A stretch of DNA of 33,000 nt from Hypanus sabinus (lineage: Eukaryota), in contig NC_082731.1 of NCBI RefSeq assembly GCF_030144855.1, forward strand, positions 22,630,001 through 22,663,000, read 5' to 3'. Made by a program: the position numbers and the translations under genes. Below are positions 1-11,184 of this stretch, piece by piece. Position 1 is the stretch's first letter, and each line of letters starts with the position of its first letter. The notes beneath the pieces are model-generated. The model searched no databases. It was given only the letters and a program-made list of their open reading frames with translations, and was not told the origin of the DNA.

Positions 1-212
1 TAAGTACCAACTTTGGCCTGATCGATTTCCTCAGGATGCAGATCGGGCTCAAAAACGCGGCGCAGACGTTCCAACGCCTGATGGACGCAGTATGGCGAGA
101 GGTGGACTTTCCCTCAATCTACCTGGATGGTATATCGCCAGTCGCTCCCGACGGGAACATCTAGCACATTTACGTCAGCTCTGCCTCCGCCAAAGCTACT
201 ACGGCTTGCCTG
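1..212 (+). mobile_element. Ty3/Gypsy LTR-retrotransposon reverse transcriptase fragment (decayed)
   Basis: The frame from nt 3 reads [43 protein letters not shown], then after a frameshift [18 protein letters not shown]. This matches the Gypsy RT core FGLFEFLRMPFGLKNAAQTFQRLMD..IYLDD..EHL.HL. Confidence 0.85.
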
Positions 213-2993
213 CATGTGCCAGTAGCAGGCGCGGTGGTGAAGCTTTTCGTTCGAGCTTGCCCGATGGGATAGGACAGGTACAACCCCACAATAAGAGGCG
301 TTCACCTCAACCATGAATTGACGGGATGGGTCCGGATGGACCAGGATGGGAGTGGTGGTGAAACGCCTCTTCAGGTCGGTGAATGCTGAGTGCGATTCGC
401 AGTCCCCGCAAAACAGTGTGGCAAAAGGCTATGCCGGGTAAGGGTGTGGCGTTGGGGCGCCACTCTAATGTTGTCTCTGATGAATCTGCAGTAGAAGTTT
501 GAAAATCCCAGGATTCGTTGAAGTTGTTTGAGGGTCGTGGGCCTATGCCATTCCTTAACTGCCCGGATCTTCTTGGGGTCAGATTTTAACGGCCCGCTTT
601 CAATGATATAACCGGGGAAGCTGAGCGAATGTACTTTCAACTCGCATTTTTCCGCCTTTGCAAAAAACTGGTTTTCCCATCGTATCTGGAGGACTTAACG
701 GATATGGTGTACGTTTTTCTTGGAGGGCTTCTAGAGAATATCAGGATATCCTCAAGATAAACATATACGAACCGATTGAGAAAGTCCCTCAGTGCGTCAT
801 TGATCGGGGGTTGGAAAACTGTAGGAACATTGGTGAGGCCAAATGGCATGACCAAATATTCAAGAGGCCCAGTGGTGTATGGAAGGCCGTCTTCCATTGT
901 TCCCTCTCCGTCGCCTGACTAAATGGTAGGCATTGCGAAGGTCCAGCATTGAGAAGATGGTGGCACCACGCAATGGTTCAAATGCCGAATTGATGAGGGT
1001 TAGAAGATACTTGTTCTGAAATGCTATATTATTTAGGTCTCGGTAGTCGATACAAGGATGATGCGTCCCGTCCTCATTTTCTACAAAAAAAAGAAACCGA
1101 CGCCTCCGAGGGAGGATGAAGACTTGGTAATGCCCGCCTCGAGGGACACGCTAATGTAGTTCTCTATGGTCTCTCTCTGCGGTCGAGATAGGTTAAATAG
1201 GCGACTTGTGGGTAGTGGGGCTGCGGGTAGAAGTTAGATAGCACAATCATATGGGCGCTGCGGAGGCAGAGAATGTGCCTGTTGTTTACTGAACACCTGT
1301 CCCAAGTCATGGTAGTCTGTGGGTACGCTGAACAAGTCGAGGGGTTCTAAAACAGGAGGGATCGCGGTAGCTTGTCTGGGAGATGGGGCCGACCGCAAAC
1401 AATAGGCATGGCAAGACGGGCTTCATTCAGCAATCCTTCCGGTAGACCAGTCGATATCGGGAGCGTGTTGTGTCAGCCGTAGATACCCTAGAACTACAGG
1501 TATGGTGAATGAATGAGACTGTTTCGTACCTCCACCCGATGGTTGCCAGATAGGTTCTGGGGCTGCGTACGGTGAGTCTGCCGAGCCAGCAGTTTTCCGT
1601 CCAGGACTCGGGCCGGCAGGATGGTGTTTAGCGGCTCGCGAGGTATTCTGGCTTGTGTAGCTATGTCTTCATCCAGCGGATAGCTTTCAGAACCGGAATT
1701 CAACAAAGCGGATAGGAACTGGGGCAGTTGTTGGCAATACACGGTTGCCGGGATCTGCATTCGAGTCTGGAGTGCTGAAGGGAATATCATTCGGCTCACC
1801 AGAGCTCCCTTTCCCATTGGTTAGCCCTCCCTTTTGGCCGCTGCTGGCAGGTGTCCCGAAAATATCCAGACGGGCCACAATAGTCGCATTCCCTGGCTCT
1901 CCACGTCCGAATTCGTTCTGCCGGTGAGTTACGTTTCTGTCCCAAAGGATGCAGACGGCCGTAGCTGGAGCCAAACTGCGAATAGTTGGGTAAGGGCTGG
2001 CCAAGTCTAATAAGGTGGACTGCGGTTTTCCCAAGGGGCGGNNNNNNNNNNNNNNNNNNNNNNNNNNNNNNNNNNNNNNNNNNNNNNNNNNNNNNNNNNN
2101 NNNNNNNNNNNNNNNNNNNNNNNNNNNNNNNNNNNNNNNNNNNNNNNNNNNNNNNNNNNNNNNNNNNNNNNNNNNNNNTAATGTAATCGAATAGCTTGTG
2201 AGATCAGAAAGTGCAGACCGTCCGTGTCGTCCCTCGCGGCTATTTCATCATTTATCTTGTCCGACAGGCCCTGTCGAAACACTTCCCGTAGGCTTCGTCA
2301 ATCCACCCGGACTCCGCGGCTAAGGTCCGGAATTCAATAGAATACCTGGCCACATTTAGCATACCCTGATGAAGTGTCAGCAACCGTATCGCGGTATCAT
2401 CCTTACCGCGAATGGTTTGTTGGAAGGAGAAGAGGAACCAACCACTGTTCGGGTATCCCATCTCACGGCTTCCCAAGCCAAGGCATATATCACTATCGTA
2501 GCAGCCCCATGATGTCCGTCATCTTTGATTTATTGGAAGTGTAGATACTTGGCTGCAGCTCAAAGACTAGTCAGCATTGTAACAGAAAGATCCTTCACCT
2601 ACCAAGGTCCCGGAGGTAGGGTTCAGGCTCGGGTACATACTGCTCTCGAGGGGATGCTGTTGCTGATTCTGGGAGCAAAGCTATCCCGAGCGATGTGGGG
2701 TGCTTGGCCGGGGTTCTGGAAAGCCAAGGAGAAAACTAAGCGGAGACCATGTCCTCTTCTTCACTGACCGTCTGAACATTCGTGGTTATTGTGAGAAGGT
2801 TTCCCGTGATCTCCCGAAGTAGTTGTACGAGTGCGCCCAATGGGTAGCCCTGGCTGGGCAGTGTCTGTCGCCCGGTTTCCGTGTCCGCTGGGTTCATCGA
2901 GACCAGTTTGTTCTGTTGTGAAGATGTGGCATTGGAACGAACCCAAGTGCTGAACACGGGCGCGGAGGAGGCCGTGTCGAGAGGCGTTGCATG
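213..2993 (-). mobile_element. Truncated Ty3/Gypsy (Sushi-like) element: end of 5' LTR, gag, protease, RT, start of RNase H; pseudogenised
   Basis: gag start MNPADT at 2897. Gag core IRLLTLHQG..VARYSIEFRTLAAESGW / FRQGLSDKINDEIAARD (2180-2420). Knuckle-like CDYCGPSGYFRDTC (~1840-1900). Protease LLNSGSES (catalytic D->N, ~1700). [33 protein letters not shown] (~730-870). QRILGFSNFYCRFI (~480-520). RNase H linker [26 protein letters not shown] (~300-370). About 80 nt of LTR end at 2914-2993. Confidence 0.9.
2042..2178. other. Assembly gap (137 N)
   Basis: Run of N inside the Gypsy gag region. Confidence 1.
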
Positions 2994-5390
2994 TCACAAA
3001 CATGTAGAATGCTTTGGGGTTTTCGTTAATTCAGCCCGCCAAGGCATTCTCAAGGCCCCTTCTGGTTCTCCTAGCTTCCTTTTTAAGCTCCTTTCTAATG
3101 GCCTAATAATCTTCTAGATCTCTAATATTACCTAGCTCTCTGAATCTTTTGTAAGCTTTTTTTTTCTTCTTGTCTAGATTTATTACAGTCTTTGTACACT
3201 ATGGTTCCTGTACCCTACCATAAATTTCCTCTCTCATTGGAATGTACCTGTACAGCACTCTACTCAAATATCCTTTGAATGCTTGCAATGTTTATTCCTT
3301 ACTTATTCCTGAGAACATCGGTTTCTAATTTAAGCCTCCGATTTCCTACCTCCTAAGTCTGCTAAATCCAGTTAAATGTTTTTCTAACATGTCTATTCCT
3401 ACCTCTCTCCAATGGTATTATAAAGGGGACAGAATTACAATGTATATCCAAAATGCTCTCCCTCTGAGAAATCTGACGCTTAACCAGGTTCATTTCCCAA
3501 TAGCAAATCAATTACATCTTTTCCTCATGTAGGCTTACCTGCATACTATATCAACAAACCTTCATTAACGCACCTAACAAGCTCCACCCCATATAAACCC
3601 CTCGCTTTAGGGAGATGCCAATCGATGTCTGGGAAATTAATCTCTCCCATCACGACAACTTTGTTAATATTATACCTTTCCAGGATTTGTTTCCCTATCT
3701 GCTTCTCGATATCCCTGTTACTATTAGGCGGCCTATAAAAACACCCATTAAGGTTATTGACCCTTTCCTGTTCCTAACCAATCAAAGAAACTCTGTAGAA
3801 AATCCCTCATTGGCGTCCACCTTTTTTCAGCCGTGACACTGTCTCTGATCAAAAGTGCCACGACCTCTTTTGGCTCCCTCCTTGCCCTTTCTAAAACATC
3901 TGACACACGGCACTTTAAGTAATTATTCCTGTCCGTGAGTCATCCAGGTGTCAGTAATAGCCACCACATTGCTCCAAGTACTGATTCACGCTCTAAGCTC
4001 ATCCGCTTTGTTCAGAAAACTCCTTGAGTTAAAATAGACACATCTCAGACTTCGGGCTGAGCGTGTCCCTTCTCTATCATCTCTAGCTTCTCCCTCTCGC
4101 ACTGTCTACAAGCTTTCTATATTTGTCAGCCAATCTCTTCTTCCCCAGTCTCTCCAGTTCAGTTCACACACCCCACAATTACTTCCCAAAAAACTCTTCC
4201 CAGTAGCCTGGTCATACATATCACTCCAGGATATTGGTCCCCCTGGGATTCAGGTGCAACCCGACATGATTTTACAGTTCACACATACCCCAGAAGACGT
4301 TACAGTGATCCAGAAAAAAATAAATCCCTGCAGCACGCTCCAAACCCTCAGCAACGCATTTATCCACAACCTCATTCTATTGCTATTTTCACTGTCGCGA
4401 GTCACAGGCAGTAATTCCGAGATTACTAGATTTCTGGTCCTGCTTCTCAATTTCATTCCTCACACCCCATAGTTTGTTTTCTGGGTCTCCTCACATTTTC
4501 TTACCTATCTCATTGGTACCAATATGTCGCACCATGTCTGGCAGTTCTCTGTCCCACTGCAGAATTTCTTGAACGCGATCCGATTCATCCCAGACACTGT
4601 CACCTGGGAGACAGACTGCTATCTGAGTTTCTTTCCTGCATCCATAGAATGGTCTGTCTGAGCCCCTAAGTACAGAGTCTCCTATCATTGAGATCTTCCT
4701 CTTGTTTCCCCTATCCTTCTGAGCCAAAACCGCTGCATCTTTCCCCAGTTAGGGTGCCCGCACTAACAGTACACAAATATGAGTACTTATTGTCATGTGG
4801 TACAGCCACAGGTTTCCCTCTAATACTTGACACTTCCACTTCATCCTCCTGACTGTGACCCACTCCTCTGACTCCTGTGGCCCTACTGCGACTACCTGCT
4901 GGAAACTCTTCTCTGTCAACTCCTCGCTCTTCCTGACTAGTCGAAGTTCATCGAGGTGTATCTCCAGTTCCTTAACTCTGTTCCTCAGGGGCACAGTTCG
5001 GAACACCTGGTGAAGTTATGCCCGTCCGTGACGCTTGGAGATACCTGGACACGCCACGTCTGACACCGAGCACAGCAAAATGGCCTCACACATGTATTTG
5101 CTACCTCACCTCGTCCCGTTACCGCCTCAGCCCGTCGAGCTAAAGCCCAGTGACTCTGCTGCCTCTCACTCCGCGGCCCGCGCCGTCGCTACCAGCTGTA
5201 TACGGGTACATTCTTTTTAAACATTTCGCACTCTGGTAATTGACGTCACGCGGCTCCGTAGTCTCGTCTCTCTTTCACCCGAGTAGTAAAAAAAGAACTC
5301 CCTTCGCTCCGAAAGTTCAGCAGTTCACTCTCAGACTTCTTTTTCCGGTTTTACTTTACTGATGACTTCCTCAACGCTTATGATGCGACC
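2994..5390 (-). mobile_element. CR1 LINE, 5' half (5'UTR, ORF1, ORF2 endonuclease and linker); RT portion absent
   Basis: ORF1: LRNRVKELEIHLDELRLVR, SGNH/GDSL esterase IGDSVLRG..VCLPGD..HIGTNEIGK, ISELLPVTRDSENSNRMRLWINA. ORF2: CIYFNSRSFLNKADELRA, AITDTW, GVF/YRPPNS, VVVMGEINFPDIDW, ENPKAFYMFV. Many stops and frameshifts. The 5' boundary is approximate. Confidence 0.9.
4180..5085 (-). pseudogene. CR1 ORF1 remnant (coiled coil plus SGNH esterase domain)
   Basis: ORF-track pieces 4749-5006, 4491-4727 and 4250-4456 join into a typical esterase-type CR1 ORF1p. Confidence 0.8.
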
Positions 5391-6640
5391 TTGTTTTCCA
5401 TAATCATCAATCCTTAAGACAAAACGATCCATCACGTATGCTCCTTTCTGTTCCACCATTTTGACAATCGAAACATTTGTTTCACATTTCCTTTATACCG
5501 TTTGCTATACGTTGTTAGATGTCTTTGCTTCATCCCGAAAAGTGCCATTGCTCTTTGCATTATCTGAGCTGGAAAAGGCGTGCCTTGACCCGATCTGTAC
5601 TCTTACTTAATTCATACAGAGAAAAAATATGTTTCAATAAGAACTCTGTGTTAGCTTTAGCCTTCTTAGTTTAAAAAAGCTCTCAATCACTTTGTGAACA
5701 TACCGACCTCTTCACGTACTTTTTTATATTACTGGAATATGTGCCAAAAGGTGTATCTACAAAATTATTCGAAACCATTCGACTTGCCTGATCTGTAGAG
5801 GGCGCCTTTCTTCATGTTTAAAGTCTCTATATTTCTTCTGCAATATTGCCCCGTGCTGCTTCCTATCTCCCAAATTTGCTGCTGCTATCCCACACCTCCC
5901 CTCATTTAATGAAATTTGGTTCAAATTTTTGAGTGGGATTTTACCTTTCAGTATCTGCAGTAGAATTTTGAAATATATTACAGAGCATAGAATGTGATGC
6001 AATGCTATGAACGAAATATTATGAGTTAAATATTTTGATGGATGAAAGACCAATATTATATGTTGAATATAAAATCCAGTTTTGCATTTAATTTTGTTAA
6101 ATATTTGGCCTTGGATTTCAGCAGAAACGAATCTGCGGACAAATACATGTAATTGTAAGAATTAGATCCAACTTAAAGAGATAGATTTTTTGATAATAGG
6201 AAGTTGTACTCAAACATAATTTTCAATTTTTGGCTGTTGTTCTGGGTATTGTTTATCAGAAGGGAACAGCATGTGTACTTAGCCTATCATTGTTATTTTA
6301 TTTCATAACTGTACTTGAGCAGGCTTTGCTTCGACAATCGATTTGAACAGCTATGAAATTAACTGTGCTGACTACATTATTTAGAGTTCGGAAAACTTTG
6401 TTGGAGACTCCGCTGCCTACGATATCGTTAATAAAACTCGCTTCACCTCGAAGTTCGTATCTATTTTAATTGCGATTAAATTTCAACGAATTTCTTTATG
6501 AGATTAATGTTCAAAACAATTGGGTGAGGATGGGTTCCCTTTAGATACGGAATTCAAACGAATTTGAAATAGATTTCTCTGACAATATGAGTTAGGCTTG
6601 CGAGGAGTTCCTTTCACCGTGAGCCTCTGTGATTCTCCAG

Positions 6641-6930
6641 GTTAGACAAGACCAGTGGAGCAAGCCCGATGCAGACGTGGATCAGCTCGTCCGGTGACCA
6701 TCCATGTGCTCCTGGAGAGTGTCAATATAGTCTGCGGAAGACAGATTCCGAGAGCCACACCGCGTTCTGTAAGTAGTCGAATGAAAGCACAACAGGGAGA
6801 TCTGGATAGATCTCTGGACAGAGAAGGGTAAGTAAATTCCTTTGTGATCAACAGCGAATAAAATTTGATTACAGATTTAGCTATGCTGGACTAAAGAGAC
6901 CAAAGCAAGAGGCCTGCCTATTCACTGACA
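6641..6930 (+). pseudogene. Candidate eroded Ig/TCR V-exon relic
   Basis: Acceptor GATTCTCCAG|G at 6640. The phase-1 frame gives PVEQ...VTIH, then TGC GGA AGA CAG ATT CCG (CGRQIP, about WVRQIPG) at 6733-6750. A 3' motif GAGGCCTGCCTATTCACTGA resembles EDSA.YYC. Exon length is about 290 nt. It contains stops and indels, and no RSS is recognisable. Confidence 0.4.
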
Positions 6931-6949
6931 GAGGCTTCGATGAATTGAC

Positions 6950-7668
6950 TGCAAAGGGGGGGGGGGTGTCTTCTTTTTCTTTGTTAATGCGTATGTTAAT
7001 CAAAATGGCTTATTTATTTTGTTAAAGGTAGGAATGCTTCTTTTTGCGAGGGAGTGCTGGAAGCTTGTTTGGGTTAAAATTCACTGATAACGAGAATTGT
7101 ATAGCTTTGTAAACCAATTGACGTTAATGTTGTTCTTACTTCTGAGTCTGTAAGCTATTGTTGGTGGACTTTTGGGGAGATTGGTTAGAGGGGCTGAGAG
7201 AAAGAGGATGCGAAGCTGTAAACCGGGCGAGGAACTTCCCCAAGCAGGGGCTCAAGGCCAGGAGGTACTCCGAGGAGAGGAGACTAAAATAGATGCGATT
7301 GGTTGACCACTTCGGGTGGTCCTGAGCTGCGAGTCGAGGAGTTCAGGGGGGATCGAGTGGTGGCCAGAAGACTTCAGTAATTGAGCACCAACGGTTGTGC
7401 ACGAAGTGTTTTGGACTTTGATAAGTTTGGCGCCTGTTCTTTATTTTATTTTCCTTCATGTACACTGTATGGTTATTAACTACTTAGTTATTGTATACTT
7501 TATAAACTGTAATTATTTAAGCCCATACAGTGACCTGTTTGTTCTTTGGCGAGGCGGGGACATCACACGGCATCCACGCCAGCTGATTATCTAGTTTGGC
7601 GGGGCCGAAGGCTGCTCCCTCTAGACGAGATCTAGCTGAGCGAGCCTGAGGCGACACAGGGGGTTACA
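6950..7668 (+). repeat. 5' LTR
   Basis: Starts TGCAAAGG, ends GGTTACA, and aligns over its whole length with 10480-11184. Confidence 0.88.
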
Positions 7669-7669
7669 T

Positions 7670-7689
7670 TGTCGAGTGCTCGTCCGGAT
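7670..7689 (+). promoter_or_regulatory. Degenerate primer-binding site, tRNA-Pro-like
   Basis: TGTCGAGTGCTCGTCCGGAT lies directly after the LTR and shares GCTCGTCCGG.AT with the canonical PBS-Pro TGGGGGCTCGTCCGGGAT. Confidence 0.55.
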
Positions 7690-10466
7690 TGATTTCTGTG
7701 GAAGCTGTGTGATCGCCCTCTTTATATTATATCTGCAGCAAATAGCTGGTGTGCCTTTGTGAGTGTGCGATTGCTGGTTATGTTGGGTGGGGTGGCTGTT
7801 GGTGGCCCGGAGGGCGTTGTTCGAGTTCCGACTATCGTTGAAGAAATGGTGGTGGGGCACTGGGCTGTCCATGATGTTAAGTGAGCGAGGAAGGACTGGT
7901 GGGTATCTTCCAGCTAGAGTGGGCTCCGCCCGGTTGTTGGAATAATGTCCAGCTCTAAATGGGCGGAGGCTTGGGCAGAGCGATCCTCTCAGTTGTTAGG
8001 TGAGTGGCAGTGCTGGGCTAAGGGGAAGTGACTGGGATTGGTTGAAAGTTTAAGTAGGCGGGCTGGTGAAGTTGTAAGAATTGTCGGGCACTATTACCTC
8101 GAAGTGACAGCTATCAGCCTGGGAAGGTGTGGGAAAATCCGTTTGGTTAGACTGGAAGTCAAATGCCGCAGCTGGGGGGCTTACCATATCCGGGCCAGGA
8201 GATTGGTGGAAAGTTTTCAGGGTATCCCTTTTGGTTAGCTGGCCAGATAAATTGCTTGCGCTGCCAGGGGAATCTGCCAGGAGGAGCAGCTCCTCCCTCA
8301 GTTGTTCAGTTGATCCGATAGGGGTCGGGAAACTTAGAGGAGGCCCAGTGGGGGAACGGCTTGGGGACGTTGGGGGTGCACTTTCCCTGGAATATACCAA
8401 GGAAGTCCTGAAAGGAACTGACCGTATTCCTGAAAGCTTCGAGGGACCACGCGCGCAGGAGTCGTTACGGATGGATGGAAGCCAAGTTAAAGCCATCCTC
8501 GACACCGGGGCGCCGGTTAAATTGCTGTGCAGTTTGTTTTATAACCGTTATTAGGAGCATTTAACTTGACGACATTGAGGGCTGTGGAGATTTGGGGTAC
8601 CAGTGCCGGTGAATATGCAGACGACGGATGTTGGTCAGTGTAAATGGAGTTCTTAGTGTCAAATGTGGAGGTGACTGAGGTTCGTGAATCGTTAATGCTG
8701 ATGTGTCCGGACACAGTTGAGACGGGAAGCGTTTCTGTTCCAGGGAGAACCAATTTCCTGCTGGTGCGCTTGTGGGCCTGCCTGGAGGAGGCGGGTGAGC
8801 GTTGCTTGGAGACATTGTCGATCCAACTAGAGTTTTGAGCTGATTGTGCGGACGTGTGTCGCAGCATTGCGCCGGTACTGTATTCAAACAACAGCCGGCG
8901 GTGGTACGGCCGGGGGAAGTATCTGAGTGTGAGACCCTCTTAGTGCACGCTGGGAAAAACCACGAGGGAGGGGAGTTGACCGCTGAAGATTCCTCGGTGA
9001 GAGAGGTTGCGGCGACCTTCCCCTACAACCGTGGAAGACGTAGGCAGCGTGTGTTTTGATTATATTGCGCTGAGGAGCGGCACGGTCAGTGAACAGAGTA
9101 TGGCCCTGAGGGCCGAAGGCGTGATGGCCTGTCTGAGTGGTGCGAAGTGGTTTAAGGTGCCGGAACTGAGGAGTGGATGTTGCCAGATCCCGATGAGTGG
9201 GGCCGACAAGGAGAAGACGGCCGTTATAGGACCACGTTGAGTCTTTCGGTCCGAAAGGAAACCACAGGGCATATCCGGAACCCTTGTAAACTTCCGCCGG
9301 GGCATGTGGAAGACGATACGTTATGTGGAGGCGTTTGAAGTTTTGGCGTCTGTGGATGATCTCTTCGTATTTGGATTTGCCTCGAAGGAATATGATGTGA
9401 GGTTCTTGCAGGAAGGGCTGAGAAGTACAGAGTTAAAATGTTTTCTGGACACGTGCCAGGGCTGGCGAAGGTCGCAGCTCGTGTATGATTGTCTCTACGG
9501 AATCAACTTTGAAAAGAAGACGGAGAGATTGGACAGAGTGATCTGGAACCAGTGGAAAGAGTTACCAGTTGGAGTGCATGAAGAAAGTTGTCTGACTGAG
9601 GGCAACAGCAAACTGAGAGCCTGGAGAGAGGAGTTTGCAGAGGTGAAGAAATTGCAGACAATCTCGGAAGAGGGAAGCGGAAGCTTGAAGGGAACATGAA
9701 GATAACCATCGACAGTTCAAATGAAGTGCTAAACCTGAAAGTTGATCTGAAAGAAGTCACGAGGAAGAAAAAGCTGGAGATAAGTGCAGTGCATATTGAT
9801 CTGCAGACTGACCAATCATTAACTGTTGATTTTCAGTTCGGGGTGGAAGAAGCTGTTGGAGTAACTACGTTCTGGATTAAGATGGCCCGGACGTGTGAGT
9901 CGGAACTGCTGAGCCTGTGGCGAGAGTGGCGACAGTTGCAGGAGCCAGAGAAGAAGCTGATATCTCGATTGCAGGAGGATGGAGAGACTGCAGGAGCAGT
10001 GCAGGCGACGAGTTTCCGTTTGCAGCAGATCAAACAGAAGCTACCGATCGTAGAACTGAGGAAGAATACGGATTCGAAGGACGATGTGCTGGATGTGTGG
10101 TACATGCTTCCTTTTGCTGACTTTCCCTCGATTGAGAAAGAGACCTTTGGCCCTTCTCCCACTGAGTCAGGTTTAGTGGGGAGGTTTTGCTGTGTGCAGT
10201 GGGGGGCATGAATGAGAGTTTGAGAGAGGAGTTGGTAATGGGCCCGATGTATCGCCAGTTGTGTACGAGCCTGAAGGCTTTAGGTTAGGGGGTACGGTGG
10301 TCTCAGAGGGTTAGGAAACAGATAAAATGGCCTATGTTGGGCATGAGGATCAGGGCTTGCGGTTTACTGTGTGGGGAGGAAATGCCACTGTTTGTGCTTG
10401 GGATAGGGTGTGTTGGCAGGAAAAGAGGACGGGTAATTTATTAGTCACGAGGACATGATTTTATTT

Positions 10467-10479
10467 GGTGAGGGGAGAG
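10467..10479 (+). promoter_or_regulatory. Polypurine tract
   Basis: GGTGAGGGGAGAG lies immediately before the TGTAA start of the 3' LTR. Confidence 0.75.
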
Positions 10480-11184
10480 TGTAAAGTGGGTTTCTTCGTT
10501 TTCTTTGTTACTGCGTGCATTAATCCAAATTGTTTCTTTGTTTTGTTAAAAGTAGTAATGCTTATTTTTTGCGAGAGAGTTCTGGACGCTTGTTTGGGTT
10601 AAAATTTAATGATAACGAGAATTGTATTCCTTTGTAAACCAATTGGGATTAAAGTTGTTCTTTCTTCTGAGTCTGTAAGCGGGCTTTTGGGGAGATCGGC
10701 GCTGTGTGGTGAAAGAGCGAGGTCGCGATGCTGTAAAGTGGGCGAGGAAAGGAGCCCAAGCGGGGGGCCAAGGCCAGTATGTACCGCAAGGATAGGAGAC
10801 GAAGATAGATGTGATTGGTTGACCACTTCGCGTGGGTCCTGAGCTGCGAGTCGAGGAGTTCGGAGGGGATCGAATGGTGAGCAGAAGACTTCAGTAACTG
10901 AGCTCCAACGGTTGAGCACGAAGTAGTTTGGACTTTGATAACTTTGGCGCCTTTTCTTTATTTTCTTTTCCTTTATGTATACTGTATCTCTATTCACTAC
11001 TTCCTTATCGTAATCGCTATAAGCTGTAATCATTTAATCGCATACGGTATCATGTTTGTTCTTTGGCGAGGCGGGAAATCACACAGCATCCAGGACAGCT
11101 GATTACCCAGGTTGGCGGGGCCGAAGGCTGTTCACCCTAGACCACGACGGGCTGAGCGAGCCTGAGGCGACCCAAGTGGTTACA
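10480..11184 (+). repeat. 3' LTR
   Basis: Starts TGTAAAG, ends GGTTACA, and is about 80% identical by eye to 6950-7668. Confidence 0.88.

Larger units (their letters stand above)
6950..11184 (+). mobile_element. Internally deleted (non-autonomous) Ty3/Gypsy element with two LTRs
   Basis: Two homologous ~710-bp TG...CA repeats, a PBS and a PPT. Protease AILDTG (8501-8509). Degenerate [34 protein letters not shown] / PQGISG / [10 protein letters not shown] (9050-9500). The internal region is only ~2.8 kb and I see no RNase H or integrase core motifs. Confidence 0.9.

Noticed and set aside
8050-8891. Long minus-strand ORFs (151, 124 and 108 aa)
   Set aside because: Antisense shadows of the Gypsy gag and protease region.
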